A DNA stretch of 54,309 nt from Clostridiales bacterium. GTDB lineage: Bacteria > Bacillota > Clostridia > Christensenellales > Pumilibacteraceae. Numbering within the stretch: the stretch's first letter is position 1; every line of letters starts with the position of its first letter. The stretch spans positions 1 to 54,309 of the forward strand of contig SVHR01000001.1 in assembly GCA_015055705.1 (NCBI GenBank). Reading direction: 5' to 3'. Under the pieces are notes generated by a model. It did no database searches. It was not told the origin of the DNA and saw only the letters and a list, made by a program, of their open reading frames with translations. Positions 27,701 through 36,100 of the stretch are shown one piece after another. The translations under genes were made by a program, and so were the position numbers.

Positions 27701-28240
27701 GTTGCGTACGGTGGTTATGGCTTTGAAGTCAAGCGTGGTAATGAGGCGCTTGTGGGTGAGATAGTAATACCAAGCACATACAATGGCTTGCCTGTTGTTG
27801 GTGTAGCAAATAATGGCTTTAAAAATTGTACGCAAATAACCTCTGTGATTCTTCCGTCCACAGTAGAAGGCATAGGGGCGTATGCATTCAGCGGATGCAG
27901 TAATCTTACGTGGGTGGAGATGCCCGAGGGGTTAATTGGTATAAGTGAGTATGCATTTGCAAATTCGGGCATAGAGGACGTGGTTTTGCCGAGTAGTCTG
28001 TGGGCTATAGAAAGCTACGCTTTTGCTAACTGCGACAATCTTGGAGTGGTGGCGATATTGCGACCGGTAGATGCCGGATTGATAATGATGACGGCAGAGG
28101 CATTTAGCGGAAGCAATAACGTTTGCTTTGTCGTATTTAACGAGGACAGCTACTATGGGTACTACGACTATTTTGTATCGTTAGGCGCGCTTAACTATGC
28201 GGAGTGGCTACAGTTTATAATGTATTTACCGACATTTTAG
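24767..28240 (+). CDS. Secreted papain-fold cysteine peptidase (streptopain/C10-like, with pro-domain) fused to BspA-type LRR repeats
   Basis: GGGAGA lies before ATG 24767. The signal peptide ends VYA/DT. A pro-domain-like segment is DYIFVEFENGGYAIYSKYTMEILEYS. The candidate catalytic Cys is in GNSGTCGPIAAQLLLGYHNYY and the candidate His in ANNHYVVGYGY, followed by VVHMGW. About 600 aa of LRR_5-type units follow. Confidence 0.8.
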   Translation: MRKNKSLRNIIGLAFIITLFFVGYIGVKNCNVYADTINEEFFFSQVGQNESNEISKYKNIIEDFVKPVFGDKKVSSCEYAYNLDDSADYIFVEFENGGYAIYSKYTMEILEYSLYGSLPYQDSMDKKYYAGPSNYLHKSDNQLYNTLSGERIDMVESEKLAFAQQTRSATGNEAELNFDVELINETEINQVETNEVVMSEAASPKMDEDNLIAASTEAGYLIPNYNYFICRPTIGNNSEGGIYGNGNSGTCGPIAAQLLLGYHNYYTHRGIIEDRFLNGYSDQENAVTIPYANPNHCSDPYSMTNLTTGTRSEDTGDNSFYSEMVTRIMEPNTHGASHEKVKSGIEEYLSYRLSSSEFSVNYEEKDWWFGYSPIDFSIIKEELDSGRPIIISTDSDLGANNHYVVGYGYQSYTYPDGSGTYNGYVVHMGWKRENKNYESIWINSSWCNGYVSLAINHTHNYNIIKTYSHKIDDENDDKIDENIFIELKCGECGHRTLDNNYLINEEGIITGHRNTVKNSLDIPAEIDGIAVTGIGANAFENCANVTSITLPSGLQSIGDYAFNGCSSAMSITLPQGLESIGNYAFNGCYSITELDLPNSVQSIGNYAFNGCSIITELTLPSGLQSIGNFAFGGIGITSIRIPASVTNIGNGAFFGATFSEIVIESGNTSFRQGVNAIFRESNKTLIAALGSCQIPDDTAIIGSGAYLGTAIEEITIPASVVTINNGAFWNCENLTTIWLMRTAELGTTVIWDMYSGEITDVYPSLEGIIAPDLESYIEYERFSLMMGNLSGYLTCDPGPFRYEKSLLGTYTISKGEGELVGDIVIPAAFNNKPVVKIADFGFSDCDQLTSVVITPNMLTDIGDNAFYHCDLLYSVQMPDRVSNIGENAFAYCGSLHSIQIPSSITSIGDGAFAECYMLSYVYLPENVVDINDGVFANCNNLYGIIVPNKAATYNGYVEQFSDTDLKNMVQCEKNGLDFVAYGGYGFEVKRGNEALVGEIVIPSTYNGLPVVGVANNGFKNCTQITSVILPSTVEGIGAYAFSGCSNLTWVEMPEGLIGISEYAFANSGIEDVVLPSSLWAIESYAFANCDNLGVVAILRPVDAGLIMMTAEAFSGSNNVCFVVFNEDSYYGYYDYFVSLGALNYAEWLQFIMYLPTF

Positions 28241-28260
28241 GCGGAGTTAGTTTTATGACA

Positions 28261-28294
28261 AAAAAAAGCAAGAGGTTTTACTCTTGCTTTTTTT
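28261..28294. terminator. Bidirectional terminator between the peptidase-LRR gene and fba
   Basis: aaaaaaaGCAAGAG gtttta CTCTTGCttttttt. Confidence 0.7.
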
Positions 28295-28344
28295 GCGGTA
28301 ATAAGCTTCGCAGTATTGCGAATATTTGCGGTATATTTGCTAAG

Positions 28345-29274
28345 TTATGCCTTGCCGTTGCTGCCCAACACGTTTACAATCTTGTGTCTTACGCATTCGG
28401 TAATAAGGCTTCTTGCGGGTCCGATATACTGTCTCGGGTCGAAGTGAGCAGGATTTTCTGCAAGGTGCTTTCTGATGGCAGCCGTGCAAGCAAGACGAAG
28501 GTCGGAGTCGATGTTGATTTTGCATACAGCCATCGAAGCAGCCTTACGAAGCATATCCTCGGGAACGCCCTTTGCACCCGACATAGTGCCGCCGAACTCG
28601 TTGATAATATTTACGTATTCGGGGATAACCGAGCTTGCGCCGTGCAATACGATGGGGAAGTTGGGAAGACGCTTTTCGATTTCCTCAAGAATATCGAAGC
28701 GGAGCTTTGCTTCACCCTTAAATTTATATGCGCCGTGCGAGGTGCCGATTGCAATAGCAAGGCTGTCAACGCCGGTCTTAGTAACAAATTCCTCTACCTG
28801 GTCGGGATCGGTATAGCTGCTGTCCTCCTTGCTAACGTTTACGTCGTCCTCTACGCCTGCAAGTCTGCCAAGCTCAGCTTCAACAACAACGCCGTGGTCA
28901 TGAGCGTACTTTACAACCTCGCTGGTGATGCGGATATTTTCGCTAAGAGCATACTTGGAAGCATCGATCATAACGGAAGTAAAGCCGTCTTTAATAGACT
29001 GAACGCAAATATCGTAGCTGTCGCCGTGGTCAAGATGCAAGCAGATGGGAAGACCGGAGTCCTCAACTGCAGCCTCTACAAGCTTGCGAAGATAGATGGG
29101 GCTTGCGTATTTACGAGCGCCTGCCGACACCTGCAAGATAAGCGGCGAGCGTTCTGCCTTTGCCGCCTCCATGATACCCTGGATAATCTCCATGTTGTTA
29201 ACGTTAAACGCACCGATTGCATAACCGCCCTCATAGGCCTTTTTGAACATTTCGGTCGAAGTAACTAATGGCAT
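28345..29274 (-). CDS. fba: Class II fructose-1,6-bisphosphate aldolase
   Basis: MPLVTSTEMFKKAYEGGYAIGAFNVNNME...LHLDHG...VLHGASS are signatures of class II FBA. GGAGG RBS. Confidence 0.95.
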   Translation of the reverse strand: MPLVTSTEMFKKAYEGGYAIGAFNVNNMEIIQGIMEAAKAERSPLILQVSAGARKYASPIYLRKLVEAAVEDSGLPICLHLDHGDSYDICVQSIKDGFTSVMIDASKYALSENIRITSEVVKYAHDHGVVVEAELGRLAGVEDDVNVSKEDSSYTDPDQVEEFVTKTGVDSLAIAIGTSHGAYKFKGEAKLRFDILEEIEKRLPNFPIVLHGASSVIPEYVNIINEFGGTMSGAKGVPEDMLRKAASMAVCKINIDSDLRLACTAAIRKHLAENPAHFDPRQYIGPARSLITECVRHKIVNVLGSNGKA

Positions 29275-29435
29275 AAAAATACCTCCAAAATTGATATATG
29301 TTTATTATACACTATAGTTATGCAAAAGTCACCCAAAATAAGGCAAAATTAAAAAATCTTTTTTCGGTTTTTTGTTTGACTTTATGGCAATAAATGGTTA
29401 TACTGTAGGTATTATAATTCACAAGGAGTGATTTT

Positions 29436-30449
29436 ATGAAGAATGTTAGAGTTGCCATAAACGGTTTCGGCAGAATTGGTCGTCTTGCTTTTAGACAGAT
29501 GTTCGGTACAGAGGGATACGAGGTAGTTGCTATCAACAACCGCACCTTCGACCCCGGTATGCTTGCACACCTTCTTAAGTATGACTCGACTCAGGGCAGA
29601 TATGCTCTTTGCAATAAGGTTAGCGTAGAAGGTGACAACCTTATTATCGACGGCAAAAAGATTAAGTTCCTCGCTGAGGCAGATGCAACCAAGCTTCCCT
29701 GGGGCGAAATGGATATCGACGTTGTTCTTGAGTGCACCGGCGCATATACCTCTATCGAGAAGGCTATGCAGCACGTTACCGCAGGCGCAAAGAAGGTAGT
29801 TATCTCCGCACCGGCTAAGGGAGATATGCCCACCATCGTTTACGGCGTAAACGAAAAGACCCTCAAAGCTTCCGACAAGGTTATTTCGGCTGCTTCCTGC
29901 ACCACCAACTGCCTTGCTCCCATGGCTAAGGCTCTTAATGATCTTTGCCCGATTGACAAAGGCTTTATGACAACTATTCACGCATATACCGGCGACCAAA
30001 GCACGCTTGACGCTCCGCACAAGAAGGGCGACTACCGCCGTGCTCGCGCAGCTGCTTGCAACATTGTTCCCAACACCACCGGTGCTGCTAAGGCAATCGG
30101 TCTTGTTATCCCCGAGCTTAACGGCAAGCTTGACGGCGCAGCTCAGCGTGTGCCCGTAGCTACCGGCTCGCTCACCGAGCTTGTTGCTGTTGTTGACGGC
30201 GTAGTTACCGCAGAGCAGGTTAACGCTAAGATGAAGTCTGTTGCAAACCCCTCGTACGGCTACACCGAGGAGCAAATTGTATCGTCTGACGTTATCGGTA
30301 TGAGCTATGGCTCGCTCTTTGATGCAACCCAAACCAAGGTTACCTCGTTCGGCAACAAGACCCTCGTTAAGGTTGTATCGTGGTACGACAACGAAATGTC
30401 CTACACCTGCCAGATGGTAAGAACCATTAAGTATTTCGCTCAGCTTTAA
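29436..30449 (+). CDS. gap: Type I glyceraldehyde-3-phosphate dehydrogenase
   Basis: INGFGRIGR Rossmann motif, catalytic SCTTNCLAP, and a WYDNE C-terminal motif. AAGGAG RBS. Confidence 0.95.
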   Translation: MKNVRVAINGFGRIGRLAFRQMFGTEGYEVVAINNRTFDPGMLAHLLKYDSTQGRYALCNKVSVEGDNLIIDGKKIKFLAEADATKLPWGEMDIDVVLECTGAYTSIEKAMQHVTAGAKKVVISAPAKGDMPTIVYGVNEKTLKASDKVISAASCTTNCLAPMAKALNDLCPIDKGFMTTIHAYTGDQSTLDAPHKKGDYRRARAAACNIVPNTTGAAKAIGLVIPELNGKLDGAAQRVPVATGSLTELVAVVDGVVTAEQVNAKMKSVANPSYGYTEEQIVSSDVIGMSYGSLFDATQTKVTSFGNKTLVKVVSWYDNEMSYTCQMVRTIKYFAQL

Positions 30450-30470
30450 TCTATAACAACTAAACAACGT

Positions 30471-30503
30471 AAAAAGCACTTGGTATGTTCCAAGTGCTTT
30501 TTT
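30471..30503. terminator. Bidirectional terminator between gap and the MocR gene
   Basis: aaaaAGCACTTGG tatgtt CCAAGTGCTttttt. Confidence 0.75.
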
Positions 30504-30582
30504 GCTGTGTCCATAATCTTTTTACGAGGCGTTGCTTGCAAAACGATAGTACGGTGTGAGGTTTTTGGGTGCAATGGGGGTA

Positions 30583-31674
30583 CTATTGCTTATGAAGCTC
30601 TTTTCTTTTTAGGCGGCGAACACGGTTGATGTGCCGTTCGAAATCGCCGTTTGTTATAAGCTTTGCAAGCACGAGCTGCATATACGTAGGCACGGTGCAC
30701 GAATAAAAGCCAAGCTGATTTTCGTACCTTTCGGCAAGGCGCTTGGGCAATACCATATATCCCACACGAATGGAGGGCGAGATGGTTTTGGAGAAGGTGT
30801 TCATATATATCACGTTGTCGTTTTGCGTGTGTGAAAAAAGAGTTTCCTCCGGCTTTTTGGATATCGAAAACTCCGATTCAAAGTCGTCCTCGATAATAAA
30901 GCGATTGCACTTTTGCGCCCAGCGCAGGTATTCATGGCGCTTCGAGGCAGAAGCTGTAACGCCGCTTGGATAGCTTCGGCAAGGCGATATGTGAAGAATA
31001 TCCGCCGTACATTCTTTTAGAGCCGCGCTCGTAATGCCGTCGCCGCCAAGCTCAAGCTTTTGTATTTGAATTTCCGCCGCAGTATACACCTCCTCGATTT
31101 GCTTGTACGATGGAGATTCTATTGCGTACACAAGATTTCTGCCAAGAAGCTCGATAAGCAAGGTATAAAGATGCTCTGATCCTGAGCCGATTACTATTTG
31201 CGAGGTGCTTGCAATAATGCCTCGGCTTTGTGCAAGATAGAGGCGAATCGCGTTTCGTAGCTCGTTGCAGCCGAGGTTGGGCGAGCGCTCCAGTATGCCT
31301 TCGCCCAAGTCGCTTATCGTTGCGCGCATCGTCTTTGCCAATACCGAAAACGGGAAGTCGTACGAGGACTCGTTGCGACGAAACGGTAGGCTAAACGGGA
31401 CGTCCTTAGCGGACGACGACACAAAGCCGTCGCTTTTACTAAAAATTACAAAATATCCGCTACGTTCCTTAGGCTCGATGTATCCCTCCTCGCAAAGAAG
31501 ACCGTAGGCGTGCTCGACGGTTATCGTGCTTATGCCCGTTTCGGTAGAAACGACTCGCTTGGACGGAAGCTTGCTTCCCGTGGGGTAAAAGCCCCTTACG
31601 ATATCGTCACGCACCTGCGTATACAGCTGAAGGTATGCCGGGGCTTTCTTATTTTCGTCAATTACGTATTTCAT
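30583..31674 (-). CDS. MocR/GabR-family regulator (GntR wHTH fused to an aminotransferase-like domain), C-terminally short
   Basis: The N-terminal motif is YLQLYTQVRDDIVRGFYPTGSKLPSKRVVSTETGISTITVEHAYGLL (GntR wHTH). The PLP-lysine motif is MNTFSKTISPSIRVGY. Only 67 aa follow the lysine. Confidence 0.85.
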   Translation of the reverse strand: MKYVIDENKKAPAYLQLYTQVRDDIVRGFYPTGSKLPSKRVVSTETGISTITVEHAYGLLCEEGYIEPKERSGYFVIFSKSDGFVSSSAKDVPFSLPFRRNESSYDFPFSVLAKTMRATISDLGEGILERSPNLGCNELRNAIRLYLAQSRGIIASTSQIVIGSGSEHLYTLLIELLGRNLVYAIESPSYKQIEEVYTAAEIQIQKLELGGDGITSAALKECTADILHISPCRSYPSGVTASASKRHEYLRWAQKCNRFIIEDDFESEFSISKKPEETLFSHTQNDNVIYMNTFSKTISPSIRVGYMVLPKRLAERYENQLGFYSCTVPTYMQLVLAKLITNGDFERHINRVRRLKRKELHKQ

Positions 31675-31765
31675 CTGGTTATATAATTTTCTCCTGTTTT
31701 GATTATTGCAATATTATCAGATTTATTATACACTATTATAGCAGATTTTGCAACAGGAGAAAGTA

Positions 31766-32311
31766 ATGGAAAACGAACTTTTTTTACAAGCTAAGGCGGT
31801 TATGCAGGAGTTTGGCGTAAAGGCCAAGCTAAAAGCAGGCGATATCGTGGTGGTTGGTTGCTCGACCAGCGAAATAATCGGCTCGAAGATAGGTACCAAC
31901 TCTAGCCCCGATACCGCAAAGGTAGTCTTTGAGGCAATTTACGAGTATATTACCGAGAATAAGTTGCAGCTTGCCGTACAATGCTGTGAGCATCTTAACC
32001 GTGCGATTATCGTCGAAAGAGATACCGTACCCAATGCCGAAACGGTCAACGTTATTCCGCAGCCCAAGGCGGGCGGCTCGATGGCGACCCAAGCGTACGC
32101 ACATTTCAAAAATCCCGTAGCGGTAGAGGAAATTAAGGCAGACGCAGGTCTTGATATAGGCTTTACCCTTATAGGTATGCACCTTAAGAAGGTAGCTGTT
32201 CCCGTAAGGCTTGAAAACAACAAAATAGGTGAGGCTACCATTGTGGCGGCTCGTACCAGACCTAAGTTTATCGGTGGCGTAAGAGCTGTTTACGATCAGG
32301 GGTTGTTGTAA
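31766..32311 (+). CDS. TIGR01440/UPF0340 family protein (YwlG-like), function unknown
   Basis: GGAGAA lies before ATG 31766. GDIVVVGCSTSEIIGSKIGTNSS and AVQCCEHLNRAII are characteristic of this family. Confidence 0.8.
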   Translation: MENELFLQAKAVMQEFGVKAKLKAGDIVVVGCSTSEIIGSKIGTNSSPDTAKVVFEAIYEYITENKLQLAVQCCEHLNRAIIVERDTVPNAETVNVIPQPKAGGSMATQAYAHFKNPVAVEEIKADAGLDIGFTLIGMHLKKVAVPVRLENNKIGEATIVAARTRPKFIGGVRAVYDQGLL

Positions 32312-32347
32312 TTTACTGTAGGTGCTAATTGATAAGAGGTAACTGCA

Positions 32348-32953
32348 ATGACTGAAATTGAAACAAATCTTACAGAAAACGAATCTCAAGTTACTCAAAA
32401 TCATTCTATCACGGTAGATGAGATGGCTAAAAGCGAAAGCGTATCACCAAAGCGAGGAAGTACGACGCGTCAGCTCGTAATGGCGGCGCTCCTTGCCGCA
32501 TTGACTTGCGTGGCAACGATGGTTATTGCGATCCCATCGCCCCTAAAGGGATACCTCAACTTGGGCGATTGCGTTGTTTTGCTTTCGGGTTGGATGCTAT
32601 CGCCGTTGTACGGATTTCTTGCTGCCGGTATAGGCTCCGGGCTTGCAGATTTGTTTGCGGGCTATGTGGTGTATGCCCCCGCGACCTTTGTTATAAAGGG
32701 GCTTATGGCGCTCATTGCTTATTACGGCTTTAAGCTGTTGCGCAACAAAGCGGGTAACCTGTTGGCATATATTATCAGCGGTGTGGTGGCGGAGGTTGTA
32801 ATGGTGCTTGGATATTTCCTTTTTGAGGGATTCTTGTACGGATTTATACCCTCCCTTGTAAATATCCCCGCAAACGCCGTTCAAGGCGTAGCCGGAATTA
32901 TCCTTGGTTGCATATTGATTAAAGTGCTTGAAAGGCTTAAGTTTTTAGACTAA
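32348..32953 (+). CDS. ECF-transporter substrate-specific (S) component
   Basis: AAGAGG RBS. The protein is a small 5-6 TM type with LVMAALLAALTCVATMVIAIP, GYLNLGDCVVLLSGW and GSGLADLFAGY. No EcfA/EcfT genes are in the window. Confidence 0.75.
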   Translation: MTEIETNLTENESQVTQNHSITVDEMAKSESVSPKRGSTTRQLVMAALLAALTCVATMVIAIPSPLKGYLNLGDCVVLLSGWMLSPLYGFLAAGIGSGLADLFAGYVVYAPATFVIKGLMALIAYYGFKLLRNKAGNLLAYIISGVVAEVVMVLGYFLFEGFLYGFIPSLVNIPANAVQGVAGIILGCILIKVLERLKFLD

Positions 32954-32986
32954 TATTTTGCCAAATATTCGCTAATAACGTACAAA

Positions 32987-33010
32987 GCGTCGCAGTAATG
33001 CGGCGCTTTT
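32987..33010 (+). terminator. Probable terminator after the ECF S-component gene
   Basis: GCGTCGC agtaat GCGGCGC stem (one G-U) followed by TTTT. Confidence 0.5.
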
Positions 33011-33053
33011 CGACTTTTTACGCCGAGTATTTTGTGTTTTTGCGGTAATGTTG

Positions 33054-33082
33054 TTGACTGTAAACTATATAGATGCTATACT
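33054..33082 (+). promoter_or_regulatory. Sigma-A-type promoter of the giant gene
   Basis: TTGACT (33054-33059), 17-nt spacer, TATACT (33077-33082). Confidence 0.6.
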
Positions 33083-33116
33083 GTATATTGAATATTATAC
33101 AATGGAGTGATGCGCT

Positions 33117-36100
33117 ATGGAAAACGAAAAGCTCATTACAAACGAAGACGATATAGAGTCTACGCAAAACGTAATCGAAGAAGAGTCCTTTACCGAGCAT
33201 GATAACTCGGTTAAGGACGATTTTGATGTCGAATCCACTGAGGAACCCGAGGAAGAAAGTGAGGAAGATTCTTTTTGGGCGACTAAGGAAGAAGCCGAGG
33301 AAGAACCCACTGAGGAACCCGAGGAAGAAAGTGAGGAAGATTCTTTTTGGGCGACTAAGGAAGACACCGAGGACGAATCCACTGAGGAACCCGAGGAAGA
33401 AAGTGAGGAAGATTCTTTTTGGGCGACTAAGGAAGACACCGAGGAAGAACCCACTGAGGAACCCGAGGAAGAAAGTGAGGAAGATTCTTTTTGGGCGACT
33501 AAGGAAGACACCGAGGACGAATCCATTGAGGAACCCGAGGAAGAAAGTGAGGAAGATTCTTTTTGGGCGACTAAGGAAGAAGTCGAGGACGAATCCACTG
33601 AGGGAACTGAGGAAGACACCGAGGACGAAGAGCAAACCGAAGAAGAATCCGCGCAAGAATCTTTAGAGGAAGAAGAACTCGAGGAAGACGAGGGAGAGCA
33701 CGAGGAACAGTCATATTCAAATGCAAGCACCGTAATTCCCATGGCTAACGAAGTCGAAAAAAAGGAAGAAAAGAGCACGGGAAAAAAGCAACGCGTAGAT
33801 AAAAAAACACGAAAAGAAAGAAAAGAGGAAAAAAAGCGAAATAAAAAACGCAGAGGCTGTTGCTTTAATTGCTGTATGAGCATACTTGTATTCAACTTTG
33901 TTATGATGTGTGTGCTTGTCGGTGTTGGCTGGGTATACGGTAATCAGCTTGCAAGGGATAACCTCGACATGTCCATAGGCGAGGTGTACGGCGTGGTTTT
34001 GGGACTAACGAGGTCCAACGGCGATTTTATCGACAACGCATACGGCGAGGCAGACGAGGAGGGCTTTTATGATTCAATAGGTAGCTCGTTGTTGCTTAAG
34101 GATGAAGCACTGAGTGCTGCGGAGCTAAAAGATGCTGTTATACAAAGCGCAACCGGCGAGGAAACGTACGTTCCGTTGGAAAGTTTTTTGGTAAATCTCT
34201 TAGTTGCCGAGAACTTTGATCAAGATAAGATAAGGACTATCGGCACCGAAAATCAGGCGGATACAAATCTTAAAATTTCCGATCGCGAGCTTGCCGCGTT
34301 TATTGACGGCATGCTGTCGTCGTTAATTCAAATAGCCATGGAGGCGCAGATAAATGAGGGTGAGCTTATGGAGTTCATTGACCTTAGTATGCTTTCGCCG
34401 GCGGAGTATCTAAAGCTTGATCAACTCAAAATCTACCCTCAGCAAGTGGAAATTGACGGCGTTATAACAAACGTAGACAAAGCTACTGTTACGGCATCTA
34501 TCAATTTTGAAACGCTGTTTGAGGATATTAAAGAGGCCGTTGACGTGTCAAGCATGGTAATCGACAGCCAAGACGCCCCCGAAGGTGTCCTCAATGCGGC
34601 TGAAATGATGTTTAATTACGGCGTTAATTTAATAAGCAAAATTTTGCCCAAAACGTTTTATGTTACCGTAGATATGGGAATTTCGCACAACATTGCACCG
34701 ACCTTATATATTAACAACATGGGTATGGACAATGAGCGTATGAACAATTTCTATAAATTACTTGCTAAGGCAGGAGTGGACGTTCAGGGTATGCTAAACG
34801 AAATGTTTGTCAGCGAAGAGGGTGCGATTGCAAGTGCAATGAATACAATAAAGGAAATCATTCCGCTTGAGGATATTTTGACAAACGGCGGCGTTGACTG
34901 CGATATATACCAGCTTATAATTGACATTGCAAAGCTTAACGAAGCTAAAGACGGCACAGGAAATTTAAAGCCTGAGGCAGAAAGAATTTCTACAAACGAT
35001 ATTTTAAGCACGCTTAAGCTTGTGCTATTGGATAATTCCGATTATTTGGACGACCTTAAAAGCAGTGAATACAGCTATAAAAACGTTCAGTTTGCACGCA
35101 ACGAGGACGGCAGTCTTGATTTGTCCGGTGGCGAGCCTGTTATAGTGAATCAGGACAAGCAATATTACGTAACGACAAAAGAGGAGCTTGACACCCTTAT
35201 CGCCGACTACGAACAGCTTTTTCTCTCGCGATTTGCAAATAGCTATGGCCTTGATACAAACAGATACAACGATATGGATAGCATTATCGAGGTGTTCTCG
35301 GGCGAAAGCTTTGACGCGGACGCTGTTATAGATATGTTCGATTCGGATAAGCTTAAGTCGATTATTTCAGGTGAGGCAAAAGGGCTTGTGATAAATGACA
35401 AAATGCTTGCAGCTCTCTTTGCAAAGATGCTTCCGTCATTTTTGGAGCAAGGTGAGATTGACAAGGGTGCTGTTGGGGCAGAGTTTATCTACTTGGAAAA
35501 AAGGGAAGACGACCATAGGCAAGAGCATTTTATGCTTAACGTGGGACTAAATATAGACATACACAGACTTATAGACACGTTGATGAGCAGTGACGAGGTA
35601 ACGCGTAATTTTATCAAAAACATTATAACGCAGACCGTGATTATCGAGGCTGGAATTGATATTACGCCTGTTGCCACCGATACGTTTGAATATTTGCCGA
35701 CAGAAATCAAATACAACGGAAACGGCATAAGCTCGGTGGAAAAGCTTCTTGGCGTGTTTGACGCATTAGGGACGGACGAAGATGGCAACGCAATTTTGCT
35801 TGGCGACTTAATTGGCGAAATGCTTTCGCCGATAAGAGAAACAATAAGCAACCTCGATACTACGCTGCCCGGCATGACTATGGAGGAGTCGGCAATTAAG
35901 CTTCCCAACGTTTATGTGGCTCTTGCTAAAGCTATAAACGGTGATACGGCAGAGAATGAGGCGGAGTACATTCAGCCCGAAAAGATTGAAAACGTGCTAA
36001 AGCTTTTTGTCAATGCCGATCCGTTTGCAGACGCAAATAGCGAATATTACTTCTATAGGGCGGACAATGCGGAAGAAGTAAATAGCTATAACCAGCAAGC

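Noticed and set aside
33018-33895. Three overlapping ORFs (33018-33656 -, 33095-33895 -, 33199-33666 +) with highly repetitive translations
   Set aside because: They are artefacts of the purine-rich 72-bp repeat array, which lacks stops in other frames. Only the + frame starting at 33117 has an RBS, continues for 5.5 kb and gives a coherent protein.
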